From a virus, in the IMG/VR virus record IMGVR_UViG_3300044998_001357, positions 32,001 to 96,000 of that record: a DNA stretch of 64,000 bases. The stretch is one strand, 5' to 3'. Positions 1 to 9,000 of this stretch are shown in pieces. Each line of letters opens with the position of its first letter. Within the stretch, counting starts at the first letter, position 1. The translations under genes and the position numbers were made by a program. The notes below the pieces were generated by a model, which saw only the letters and a program-made list of their open reading frames with translations, made no database searches and was not told where the DNA came from.

Positions 1-444
1 GCAATCCGGAGCATCTTTTCCTGGCGTTAAACGCGCAGGATAGCCCGGAGGTGTCCGAAATTGTTGTGCAGCGATGGCTAATGTTTAGCCGATAACCATC
101 CACATGTCGATGCCAGAGAATGTTTGTCTTAAAAAACAACGAGCAGCCGACCTGGATTCCTTGTCGACCAGAAAAAACCCCTCCTGGAAAACTATCCTGG
201 AGGGGTTACGTTCAGTTTGTCCCATAAGGTCAACCTAAGCTCTTTGAGCATTCGGATGGCCTCGTTCCGACGGGCCGGCTCGCAATCCGCTCCGCCACAC
301 TCTTGGCGAATCGCAGGCGTCTTGCGAGGCACGATACCACGGTAAGGACCAACACAATTGCAACTGCCCACAAAACCAATTATCTGCCATGATGAACCCC
401 CTTTCCTGTGACCTGGGACACGGTCTAAAGGAGTATACGTACCT

Positions 445-823
445 TCAGATGGGATATTTTCGTTTCGCGGTTTTTCGACCCGGCCTATATCCTTTACCCG
501 GAACGTCCTGCTTTTTCGGTCTTGGTGGCGTGTGATAGTGGTCTTTTTGAATGGCCTGATTAGCCCTTTCCCAAGGCCTCGGGCGGTGGGTTGGCAGGGA
601 TAAGACAATCGCAGCCGTTGCCGATGAGGTCTGCTCGTCCCGCCTCGATGAGAGCCCGTCGCACCTCGAAATAGTTCTCGGGCTTGAAAAACTGAAGCAT
701 CGCCCGCTGCATCTTGCGGTCTTTAAGTTGTTTGGCCACATAGACTTCCGCGCCGGTGAAGGAGGCCCGGTTTGTATAGTAAAGTGTCGTAGCGATGTCG
801 AACGGGTAGACACTTTGCTGTTC
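445..823 (-). pseudogene. ygiQ: 3' fragment of a YgiQ/UPF0313 radical SAM gene (DUF3362-like C-terminus), no 5' part, frameshifted tail
   Basis: Minus frame 823..560 (absent from the ORF track) reads YPFDIATTLYYTNRASFTGAEVYVAKQLKDRKMQRAMLQFFKPENYFEVRRALIEAGRADLIGNGCDCLIPANPPPEAL. The tail ERANQAIQKDHYH...GYRPGRKTAKR continues in another frame to 445. Recognised from memory as a YgiQ C-terminus. Confidence 0.8.
777..820. other. Candidate attachment site (attP-like) for the adjacent serine recombinase
   Basis: Perfect inverted repeat AAAGTGTC (781-788)/GACACTTT (809-816), extendable to 12 bp with 2 mismatches and centred on TC 798-799. It lies where ygiQ similarity ends, about 40 bp before the recombinase start. 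Confidence 0.6.
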
Positions 824-856
824 TCATGGTACGTTCTCCTTTCAGGAGGATTTGCC

Positions 857-2443
857 GTGCGTGCCTACAGCTATATCCGGTTCTCGAACCTCAAACAACA
901 ACGAGGCGAATCGTTTCGCCGACAGTCGGAATTCGCAGCCAACATCTGCCGCGAAAATGGCTGGCAGCTGGACGACACCCTCACACTCCACGACCTGGGT
1001 GTGTCGGCCTTCCGTGGGAAGAACGCCAAGGTTGGTGCCCTGGCAGAGTTCCTCGATGCGGTCCGCAGCGAGCGCGTGCCGGCCGGGTCCGTGCTCATTA
1101 TCGAGAGCATCGACCGGTTAAGCCGGAACAAGGTGGGCGAGGCCCTCCAACTGTTCATCTCCATCCTCAATAGCGGCGTTTCCATCCTGACCCTCGAACC
1201 AAGGCGGCACTACACCTCGAACTCCATCAATGAAATCGCATCCCTGCTTGAGCCGATTATCTATATGAGTCGAGCCCACGAGGAGTCGGCCACCAAGTCC
1301 TACCGGCTGAAGGACGCCTGGGCCAAAAAGAAACAGCGTGCCGCCTCTGCCCGAACTCCCATCAGTCGAAATTGCCCTCGTTGGCTGGAACTCACCGAGA
1401 ACGGCTACGTCATTATCCCCGAACGGGCAGCCACGGTGGTCAAGATTTTCGAACTATGCCGGGATGGGTTAGGTATTCAGCGAATCCGAAACTACCTGAT
1501 TGCAAACCAGGAAGTTCACAAGCCATTTGGGGACTCGGGCAAGTGGCGAAGTAGTTACGTTGAAACCATCCTGAAAAGCCGTGCGGTCTTTGGGGAATAT
1601 CAGCCTGGTGCGCGCGACGAACAGAATCAAAAAAAGACCTGCGGTTCACCCATTGAGAACTACTTCCCGGTGGTGGTGTCCCAGGAACTTTTCTTTGCCG
1701 CCCAGTCAGCCATGCAATCCCGCTACCGTTCAGCAGGAAGGCCCGGAATGCGGGAAGCCAACCTCTTTACCGGGATTGTCTGGTGCGCCCGAACCAAGAC
1801 CAGGATGTCGGTCATCTCTTTTCGGTCCTATCGCTACCTGACCTCCGGAGCGGTTGCCCAGGGCAAGGTGCGTCGGGGTAACCCCTACAGCTTCCCCTAT
1901 AAAGAGTTTGAGCAAGCGATGCTACAAACGCTCTCGGAACTCCCCGTCGACGACACCCAGGAGGACGAACTGTCTCAGCAAGTGCAGTCCATCCAGGGAA
2001 GAATTGAAGTTATCGATAAACGTATCGAGGAGGCGGAGAAACGGGTGGTCGACCCAACCGAGGAACAGCCAGGGGTTTACATTAATATCATCAAAGCACT
2101 TAACATAAGCAAGTTAGACATGGTGCGTCAGCTAGAAGAAGTAAAGGGGAAGCAAGGATTGAAGCAATCTAATAGCTTTGATTCTCTTTTACATAAGCTT
2201 GAGAGTCTGCCGCTTGATGAGCTCGAGCCGGCTCGGCAAAAGTTGAAAAGCAGGATTCGAAGCATCGTAGATGCCATCTGGGTCCATATTTCAATAATCA
2301 ATAACAAAACACGAGTTGCGCAAGCTCAGGTTTTTCTCAAAAACGGTAAAAGGAAGCATATTCTTTTTTACAGTCATCCCGGCAAGGGACGCCTTCCCAC
2401 GCCCATCGAGGACTTCTCTCAGGCCGATTTGCGGGAGATGTAG
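857..2443 (+). CDS. Large serine recombinase (integrase)
   Basis: GTG after AGGAGGA. Resolvase motifs AYSYIRFS (catalytic Ser), D.GVSAFRG and ESIDRLSR, then a recombinase domain (ENYFPVVV), a degenerate Zn ribbon (LFTGIVWC) and a coiled coil. Confidence 0.93.
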   Translation: MRAYSYIRFSNLKQQRGESFRRQSEFAANICRENGWQLDDTLTLHDLGVSAFRGKNAKVGALAEFLDAVRSERVPAGSVLIIESIDRLSRNKVGEALQLFISILNSGVSILTLEPRRHYTSNSINEIASLLEPIIYMSRAHEESATKSYRLKDAWAKKKQRAASARTPISRNCPRWLELTENGYVIIPERAATVVKIFELCRDGLGIQRIRNYLIANQEVHKPFGDSGKWRSSYVETILKSRAVFGEYQPGARDEQNQKKTCGSPIENYFPVVVSQELFFAAQSAMQSRYRSAGRPGMREANLFTGIVWCARTKTRMSVISFRSYRYLTSGAVAQGKVRRGNPYSFPYKEFEQAMLQTLSELPVDDTQEDELSQQVQSIQGRIEVIDKRIEEAEKRVVDPTEEQPGVYINIIKALNISKLDMVRQLEEVKGKQGLKQSNSFDSLLHKLESLPLDELEPARQKLKSRIRSIVDAIWVHISIINNKTRVAQAQVFLKNGKRKHILFYSHPGKGRLPTPIEDFSQADLREM

Positions 2444-2637
2444 GCAACAGAAGAATTGCGTCCGCTCACCGTGAAGGCTCGCAGGGCCTCGCGCTCGCAT
2501 CGCTCGTAGGCATCTCCCTGCCCCGGGAGATGACCGCGAAACTGAAGGGCCTCGGTCCAGGAGTTGACCCACTTCTCCCCATCCCAAGACTCGCCATCTT
2601 TGTTCACAACCACAAAGCAATCACCCATCGCTAACAC
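2419..2637 (-). CDS. Small hypothetical protein
   Basis: 72-aa ORF with protein-like composition, convergent with the integrase; GAGGTG near its start. Confidence 0.4.
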   Translation of the reverse strand: MLAMGDCFVVVNKDGESWDGEKWVNSWTEALQFRGHLPGQGDAYERCEREALRAFTVSGRNSSVAYISRKSA

Positions 2638-2724
2638 CTCAATAGGATGGCACCTAGCTTAATCGCCAGTAGGGTGTAGTCAATTGGTTGAGGCGTGCTA
2701 TGATTTGTCAAAAGGGGTGACGAA

Positions 2725-3186
2725 ATGGATGCCGTTCTGGTTCGATATATCGACTTTGCTGACCTGGCGGATATCGTTCGGTGCGAAAGAGCCCGGGGGA
2801 TTAAGTGCTGGGACAAGGAAAGTTTAAAGACGCTTATTAACAAACCCAGGGTGCGTGGCCTTGTGGCCGAGACCATCCTGGACAATAATGCGATTTGGGT
2901 CTGTGGCGCAATGATTTTCGCCGTTGAGTCCGATGGCTACGAAATCCTGTTGCTGTCGCACCATCCCGAAGCACCCGAAGAAACCAAAATTGCCCTCCTG
3001 CGAAAACTCTATACCCGGTCGGAAATGAATGATAAGAAGAATTTAAGGGTCACTATCCTCGACGGGGATTATTCCACGGTCCGTTTTTTCCAGGACCAGG
3101 GATGGGAAGTAAAACTCAGGCCCAATCCCGTCAGCACAGATATATGGGTGGGTACTTTTAAGCAAAAAGCATTCTTGGCCTATTGA
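2725..3186 (+). CDS. RimI-like GNAT-fold protein (degenerate)
   Basis: VRYIDFADLADIVRCE..W...GLVAE..GAMIF...VRFFQDQGW follows the RimI pattern; the acetyl-CoA motif RxxGxG is absent. Confidence 0.55.
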   Translation: MDAVLVRYIDFADLADIVRCERARGIKCWDKESLKTLINKPRVRGLVAETILDNNAIWVCGAMIFAVESDGYEILLLSHHPEAPEETKIALLRKLYTRSEMNDKKNLRVTILDGDYSTVRFFQDQGWEVKLRPNPVSTDIWVGTFKQKAFLAY

Positions 3187-3258
3187 TTAAGTGATTTTTC
3201 TGGATATCATTGTAGGTCGCCCAAAAGGCGACCTTTGGCTATTTACTCAGGTGGGAAA

Positions 3259-4140
3259 ATGTTTAATGCCTTGCTGCCGTACTATGGCTGTAAACGACAG
3301 TCCGCTCTCCGAATCGGGGCCTTTTTGGGAAAACACACCGCCTACTGGGATGTTTTCTGTGCTTCCTGCTCGGTACTCTTTGCCAAGGAGCCCTCGCGCA
3401 TTGAAGTGGTGAACGACCTTCATGGAGGTGTCGTCAACCTTGCGCGTGTGGTGGCAAACGACAACCTGGCACCGCTTCTGTTTGACAAGCTGTCCCGAAC
3501 CGCCTTTTGTGAACCGCTGTACCATGAGATGCGCTCCAGGCTCGAGGAAGGTATCTCAGACCCCCTAGAATGGGCGTATAGCTATCTGGTGGTCTCCTGG
3601 CAGGGGCAAAATGGATTCACCGGCACCCAGAAGGAAAACAGGACCAGTTTTTGCAAACGGTTTGGGACCGGTGGTGGCGACCCGGCGACCCGGTTCCGAA
3701 ATATGGTCGCCCATCTACCAAGTTGGTGGGAACGGCTACGAGGAGTTACCATTCTCCAGAGCAACGCCTTTGACCTACTGAAGCGTATCGCCGACGAACC
3801 TGGTACGGTGATTTACTGTGACCCGCCTTACTACGAGAAGACGCTTCAATATCGCCACGATTTCACCAAGGAGGACCACGAAAAACTTGCCAAGGCCCTG
3901 AACCGGTTCCAGAAAGCTCGTGTCGTGGTGAGTTACTACGACCATGAAATTATCGACGAATTTTATGTTGGTGGTGGATTCATGAAATTCGACATTGAAA
4001 CTCGTAAAACCCTATCCCTATCAATGGGTAAGACAGAATCTCGCGCCCCGGAAATCCTATGGGTGAAGAACTATGAAGAAGATAGTGGTGGTGGGACTCC
4101 TGCCCGGGCAGGCAAAAAAAGTAGAAAGTGGGTGTCCTGA
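3259..4140 (+). CDS. dam: DNA adenine methyltransferase (Dam/D12 class)
   Basis: PYYGCK N-terminus, EVVNDL, catalytic YCDPPY, HEKLA, EILW. Confidence 0.9.
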   Translation: MFNALLPYYGCKRQSALRIGAFLGKHTAYWDVFCASCSVLFAKEPSRIEVVNDLHGGVVNLARVVANDNLAPLLFDKLSRTAFCEPLYHEMRSRLEEGISDPLEWAYSYLVVSWQGQNGFTGTQKENRTSFCKRFGTGGGDPATRFRNMVAHLPSWWERLRGVTILQSNAFDLLKRIADEPGTVIYCDPPYYEKTLQYRHDFTKEDHEKLAKALNRFQKARVVVSYYDHEIIDEFYVGGGFMKFDIETRKTLSLSMGKTESRAPEILWVKNYEEDSGGGTPARAGKKSRKWVS

Positions 4141-4375
4141 GGCAAGCCTCACGTTCGTTCAGGCTGACAAGAAAAATCGTTTGCCACCCGGTGAACACGT
4201 CGTATTAGTAACCAAGTTCATCCGCCACGGATGGACCGAATCCGCCTATAAAAAGTTTGACCGAGAAAACATCCATTTTCACGATGGCGGCATTAGTGGC
4301 CTAATTGTCAAAATTAAGGGTATCTGCAAGGAGCAAGGCCGTGGATTTTTTAAATCTGCTGAAAAAAACACTTGA
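4073..4375 (+). CDS. DUF2325-like small alpha/beta protein
   Basis: KIVVVG...VVLVTKFIRH...GGISGL pattern. Confidence 0.5.
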   Translation: MKKIVVVGLLPGQAKKVESGCPEASLTFVQADKKNRLPPGEHVVLVTKFIRHGWTESAYKKFDRENIHFHDGGISGLIVKIKGICKEQGRGFFKSAEKNT

Positions 4376-4676
4376 TGACGTGAAAGAAGCCAATTTTGCC
4401 GAGGCGGGGATAGGTTTCGCCGAACTGGCACGTTTTTGCCGGCGCATCGACAATAGTGGCGTTGCGCCTCCAACCGAGACCGTGTTTTACTGTATCGTTC
4501 ATGGCGCTGTCTGGGAAGTGGACCTGCCAACCATTCAAACTATCCTGAGGCGTATTGCCAAGGGTCGAGGTTTCCAAATGGAAGGAAGGCTTCTCACGCG
4601 AGAAGCATTCTTTCTGGATACGATGACGCAATCAGAGGCACGAGCAGGACTTCTTGACCTACCGGAGGAATCATAA
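4305..4676 (+). CDS. Hypothetical protein
   Basis: 123-aa ORF continuing the operon; start uncertain. Confidence 0.4.
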   Translation: MSKLRVSARSKAVDFLNLLKKTLDDVKEANFAEAGIGFAELARFCRRIDNSGVAPPTETVFYCIVHGAVWEVDLPTIQTILRRIAKGRGFQMEGRLLTREAFFLDTMTQSEARAGLLDLPEES

Positions 4677-4787
4677 ACAGGACGGTCCATCCCGCGTTTT
4701 AGGGTATCTCGATGAACAAGACCGCTCTCCTGACACCAGCATCCAGGATGATAGGTGTGTTGACTACAACATAGCATAAGCAGAAGC

Positions 4788-4827
4788 AAAAAGAGGGTGG
4801 TGGTATAATCCACTACCCTTTTCTTTT
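4788..4827. terminator. Hairpin with TATAAT loop, flanked by A-rich and T-rich tracts (bidirectional terminator and/or extended -10 promoter)
   Basis: AGGGTGGTGG-TATAAT-CCACTACCCT (4794-4819) followed by TTTCTTTT. Confidence 0.55.
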
Positions 4828-4838
4828 GGTATATCACT

Positions 4839-4923
<85 letters not shown>

Positions 4924-5017
4924 TACGCCACCTTAACATCCTCTGCTTAAAAGTACTAAGCTAAGGTGGGGAAGCGACTACCAAAATCCGAACTTTTTTT
5001 TTGAAAGGGGCTTCGCC

Positions 5018-5248
5018 GTGGTGATTGTTGAAGTTCTCGACAACGAGGATAACATCATGGGCTTTTTCGTAACCGAACTCTCCGCACCGGAGTGTCAATC
5101 CAGACCGCTTCTGGAGTTTGAGGGGGTGCCGGGCCAGTGGTGGCCCTCGGGGGGCTTTGAATACCTCCAAACAGAAGGGCCAAACGCCTGGTTCAGACAT
5201 GCGGCAAGACTGGGAGAGGTTCACCTAGCCACTAGAAAATTTTTCTAG
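5018..5248 (+). CDS. Small hypothetical protein
   Basis: GTG after AAGGGG; 76 aa. Confidence 0.45.
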   Translation: MVIVEVLDNEDNIMGFFVTELSAPECQSRPLLEFEGVPGQWWPSGGFEYLQTEGPNAWFRHAARLGEVHLATRKFF

Positions 5249-5566
5249 TTCGAGCTATTGACTATACAGGGCAAGCTCCTAATTATTGAGTCAGAGAAAA
5301 CGCTAGCTTTAGGAGCGATGGATGACGTTGTTCTTGTCGGTAGCTGTTTTTCGTGGTTGCTTGCCAACCACCAGCCCTGTCGCTCAAGACCTCTCTGTGA
5401 CGCTTTGGGTGTTTGCCCAGTCCTCGGTGGTCACTGCTTACGTCAGCGGGCTAGGGTTCGCTGGGGGGAGGGGTACACGGGCCTCGACATCGCCGACATT
5501 ACCCCGGCGCACCGGCAGTACCGTTTTGGCCGAATTGAAGGATTAATTCACATTGTGAACTAGGAG

Positions 5567-6790
5567 ATGAAAATGATTTTGCGAGGAAATTCTGAACTTC
5601 TGGAGAAAGGCTCGTTCGTTCTCCAGCATCAGCCCCTGGCGACCAAGGAAGGTTTCCGGAACGTCGCCAAGAAATGGTACGACAAGACCATCTCCTTTCC
5701 CCAGGCGATGGAGAAACTGGAACAGGACCGCAGCCACACCACCGACCTGAATGCGACTCTGGACGAGATGGTGCCTGCAGTAAACGAAGCGGGTCGTTTT
5801 GTCTTTCGATATCAGGACGGACGTGAGTTTCAGCCCACCCGTTTTGCTTTGACTCAGCTGGCCGGCTGGGCCTCAACCAGCCGCTGGGTACTGGAAAGCC
5901 TCTCCAGCCCACAGCTGGACCGCAGGGGCCGAAAACAGTACGACCGCGACCGCCAGGACGCCGAGACGCTACTGACCATAGTCCAAAATGGTCTCAGGCG
6001 TACCAAACCGGGCAAGCTCTTTCTGTGGCGAATCCGGGACGACAATACGCTCCGGGCGATTCTGTCCGACCGCTACGCCGTCGTGGATAATCGCTGGTTG
6101 CTTGAGTCCATGGAGCAACTGATTCCTGGTGGACGGGTAAGCCACTGGCGTGGAAACAGCGATTCGCTATACACAAACATTTTGATTCCTGATAGTATTC
6201 GGGCCGAGAGCGACAGCGACTATGGCGGCATGTTCTTTGTCGGCAACAGCGAGATTGGCGAAAGCCGATTGTCGGTGTATCCCTCTCTTTTCCGTGCGAT
6301 TTGCTGGAATGGCTGCATCTGGGGACAAAAAAAGGGTGAGGCCCTTACTCGGATTCATCGTGGCCGAGTGGACCTGAACGCCCTGCAGGTAGCCATTCGC
6401 GAGAATCTGAACTCGCAGATTCCTCTGCTCAACAACGGCATCAACTCCCTGCTGCAGACCAGGATGCTTCGTTGGGAGAACAGTTCTGCCACACCGCTAC
6501 TGGCGCAGGTGGCCATGGACGCCCGGATGAGCCGCAAGCAGGTTAAAGAGTTTCTAGGGGCCTACGACACAGAAGCCGTGACCACTCCGGAATATCGAAA
6601 CACCCTGTTTGGCATCATCAACGCCATTACCCGAGCAGGACAGAATCTGGAAGACTCGGACTGGGTGAGGTTTGATGAACTGGGCGGACGCATCCTGGCC
6701 GAGGGAGAAATTGGTTGGGAGCGAACGATTAAGCGGGCTATGTCGTTGCGCACAAGCGAGATTGAGTCCGTTTTAGGTATGGCTGGATAA
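5567..6790 (+). CDS. DUF932/DUF945-family phage/plasmid protein
   Basis: LRAILSDRYAVVDN, NSEIG, LFRAICWNG, TLFGIINAITRAGQ; AGGAG RBS. Confidence 0.75.
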   Translation: MKMILRGNSELLEKGSFVLQHQPLATKEGFRNVAKKWYDKTISFPQAMEKLEQDRSHTTDLNATLDEMVPAVNEAGRFVFRYQDGREFQPTRFALTQLAGWASTSRWVLESLSSPQLDRRGRKQYDRDRQDAETLLTIVQNGLRRTKPGKLFLWRIRDDNTLRAILSDRYAVVDNRWLLESMEQLIPGGRVSHWRGNSDSLYTNILIPDSIRAESDSDYGGMFFVGNSEIGESRLSVYPSLFRAICWNGCIWGQKKGEALTRIHRGRVDLNALQVAIRENLNSQIPLLNNGINSLLQTRMLRWENSSATPLLAQVAMDARMSRKQVKEFLGAYDTEAVTTPEYRNTLFGIINAITRAGQNLEDSDWVRFDELGGRILAEGEIGWERTIKRAMSLRTSEIESVLGMAG

Positions 6791-6925
6791 ATTAATTTTT
6801 TCAGCTATTCTTCAGTCTCGTTACATACTAGAATGCAGGATGTCGCCAGCTAAGCTCAGGTTGGCGGCATCACTTCTGGGATGAGCTTGGCCCCTTTAGT
6901 GGGGATTTGGTGAGGTGACTGAAGC

Positions 6926-7180
6926 ATGGCAAAAAAACGAACGGAGTATGATGTAACTCCAGAGCAGTTTATCGAGGCCTGGCAGACCTCACAGAGTGCT
7001 CAGGAAGTGGCGACTCGTCTTAAGATGCCTAAACCAATTGTTCTTGCCAGGGCATCTTTCTACCGCCAGGCAGGAATCAATCTGAAAAAAATGCCACGAA
7101 AAACCAGCCGCGAACTTGATGTTGAGCGACTGAATAAACTAATTGAAGAATTGAGGCGCAAGGAATCACCCAGGAGGTAG
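6926..7180 (+). CDS. Small HTH-like DNA-binding protein (paralog 1)
   Basis: PEQFIEAWQTSQSAQEVATRLKM..ARASFYRQAGINLK; GAGGTG RBS. Confidence 0.65.
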   Translation: MAKKRTEYDVTPEQFIEAWQTSQSAQEVATRLKMPKPIVLARASFYRQAGINLKKMPRKTSRELDVERLNKLIEELRRKESPRR

Positions 7181-7195
7181 GTTTCTTTTTCTCTC

Positions 7196-7223
7196 AAGGC
7201 GACCTCATGGTCGCTTTTTTTTT
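7196..7223 (+). terminator. Intrinsic terminator
   Basis: AAGGCGACC-TCAT-GGTCGC followed by a long T-run. Confidence 0.8.
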
Positions 7224-7242
7224 GTTGTTGGCGTGCAAACTG

Positions 7243-7270
7243 TTGACCAAGTTATTTTGTAAACTATACT
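7243..7270 (+). promoter_or_regulatory. Sigma70-like promoter
   Basis: TTGACC-16 bp-TATACT directly after the terminator. Confidence 0.5.
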
Positions 7271-7441
7271 CTGTCCTAAGGTATTGGCGTCAATGAGCGA
7301 CAAGCCTTGACCGGTAAATTTGTACAGTTATCCTTGGGGAGAGTTGGTTACCGGTGCAGGTGGAAACATTCGCCGCAATCTGGAGGGAATCACGGTCCGG
7401 AAGAGCTATGTCCGCCGTAACGAGATTCTTTAGGAGAGCTA

Positions 7442-7978
7442 ATGGTCGATTTAGTTCCAATTTTCGAAGAACTAGCGAAGGGTCTGGGTCTTTCAGAATA
7501 TGATATTCTGATTGTTGGGGACGGCTCCGGAACAGTCGCGGACAAGTCTTGTGGTTGGTATTGTCTTTCGTATAATAAAAGTGCCCGGCAGGTAATCCCA
7601 TATTTTGGTGGTGTTAGTGGCGGCACCAATAATCTTGCCGAACTCGAACCAGGTATTTTTGGATTATGGAGCTATCGCCAGGTTTTGTGGAGCCTTTACG
7701 TTCGCTCCGGCGGAAACAAGGGTGATTTCAAGCCTCTTCGTATGGTGATTGTGTCGGATAGCGAAGTGACTGTTCGTTGCGGAAACAAGCAATACTCCAG
7801 AAATGCTAATGCTCCATTATGGGCGAGTATCGATTGGTTCGAGCGCAAAGGATATACTCTCACCTGGTTTCATGTTCCACGCAACAGCAATCCGCTAAAC
7901 GAACTATGTGATGCCAGGGCTGGAAAAGTGCGGCTCACTTTTCAAGGTATGAGGTTTACGGATGAGCAAGCAAAATAG
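7442..7978 (+). CDS. Ribonuclease HI-like protein
   Basis: IVGDGS, TNNLAEL, IVSDSE, WFHVPRNSNPLNELCDARA (D-E-D-D catalytic set). Confidence 0.85.
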   Translation: MVDLVPIFEELAKGLGLSEYDILIVGDGSGTVADKSCGWYCLSYNKSARQVIPYFGGVSGGTNNLAELEPGIFGLWSYRQVLWSLYVRSGGNKGDFKPLRMVIVSDSEVTVRCGNKQYSRNANAPLWASIDWFERKGYTLTWFHVPRNSNPLNELCDARAGKVRLTFQGMRFTDEQAK

Positions 7979-8228
7979 CTACAAATTTTCACCTGAAGAC
8001 TTTGTTCGAGCGTGGGAAACCTCTTCGTCGACAAAAGAAGTATCAAATAAGCTTTCGGCGATTTGTGGGAGAGACGTTCCAGTGCATCTGATTTCGGCTC
8101 GCGCTTCGAAGTATCGCGCACGCGGCGTGAGGTTAAAGTATATGAAGGGTGGTCGAGAGAGCCTTGATGTGGAACTGCTAAACCAGGTAATGCGTGACGC
8201 GAAGGGCGTGGCTCTTTCGGAGAGTTAG
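7962..8228 (+). CDS. Small HTH-like DNA-binding protein (paralog 2)
   Basis: PEDFVRAWETSSSTKEVSNKL..ARASKYRARGVRLK..LDVELLN aligns with 6926..7180. Confidence 0.65.
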   Translation: MSKQNSYKFSPEDFVRAWETSSSTKEVSNKLSAICGRDVPVHLISARASKYRARGVRLKYMKGGRESLDVELLNQVMRDAKGVALSES

Positions 8229-8435
8229 GATACATGTTTGTGAATACCTGAAGTACGCAGGGATACTGCAATCCAAAACTTCCCACCCGTCGCTTCCTTT
8301 GATTACGACTAAATGGAAGGATTATCACTTCTCCAAGGAAGATGGTAGCCTGCTAACCCTCTTTTGTTTTGAGGGGTAGCCACACGACAGCGTAGGTGTA
8401 TTCTCCTGGAGATAAAAAAACTCTGGGGGTGTCTT

Positions 8436-8780
8436 ATGCAGAAGGTGTGGGTAACGAGACTGTTTGGGGGAGCGGCCGCTCGCGGACGGATGAATCCGGC
8501 GGTGCATATGCAGGTTCGCCACGGCCAAGACCCGTTCTGGATTGTGGCGCTACAGTCGGGTAACTACACGGTTGACCTGGCGTTGACCTCGGGGGGCGCA
8601 CCGGTGCGTCGGGCCTATCCCAACGACCTCATGGTGGATGAGCCGGTGGCCAGCGGCTTTGGGTGGCCGACCACGGGCGGCAGCGTGATGACCCATCGCG
8701 TCGGCCAAACCCCGGTGGGTAACATCAATGGTGGGGCCTATCTGGGGCCAGATGGCAAAACAAAGACGTTCACTCGCTGA
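8436..8780 (+). CDS. Hypothetical protein
   Basis: 114-aa ORF with GGGGG RBS and an upstream GGTGTATT motif. Confidence 0.55.
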   Translation: MQKVWVTRLFGGAAARGRMNPAVHMQVRHGQDPFWIVALQSGNYTVDLALTSGGAPVRRAYPNDLMVDEPVASGFGWPTTGGSVMTHRVGQTPVGNINGGAYLGPDGKTKTFTR

Positions 8781-9000
8781 TTTAACCCTTCTTGTTCTTT
8801 GGCTTTTCTGGGTTACTAGTAATGGTCGTGAACATGGTCTTAGGCCTGTTTACGACCTTTAGCTGAGAACGCTCATCATTCGTGCCCACCTATGCCCCGG
8901 CGATGAGTAAAATCGCCATTGGCGCATGTAAGATTGTTTTGGTATTGATTCGGTGATGACTGGTCTTTGTGGATGTTTACTTGGCCTCCTAGGAGAAAAA

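Noticed and set aside
192-608. 138-aa minus-strand ORF
   Set aside because: No recognisable motifs, and it overlaps the ygiQ fragment out of frame.
728-856. N-terminal extension of the recombinase ORF from TTG 728
   Set aside because: The resolvase domain starts at GTG 857 behind AGGAGGA; the extension is the antisense of the ygiQ fragment.
5258-5563. Overlapping ORFs 5258..5563 and 5322..5546
   Set aside because: Cannot decide which, if either, is real; no motifs.
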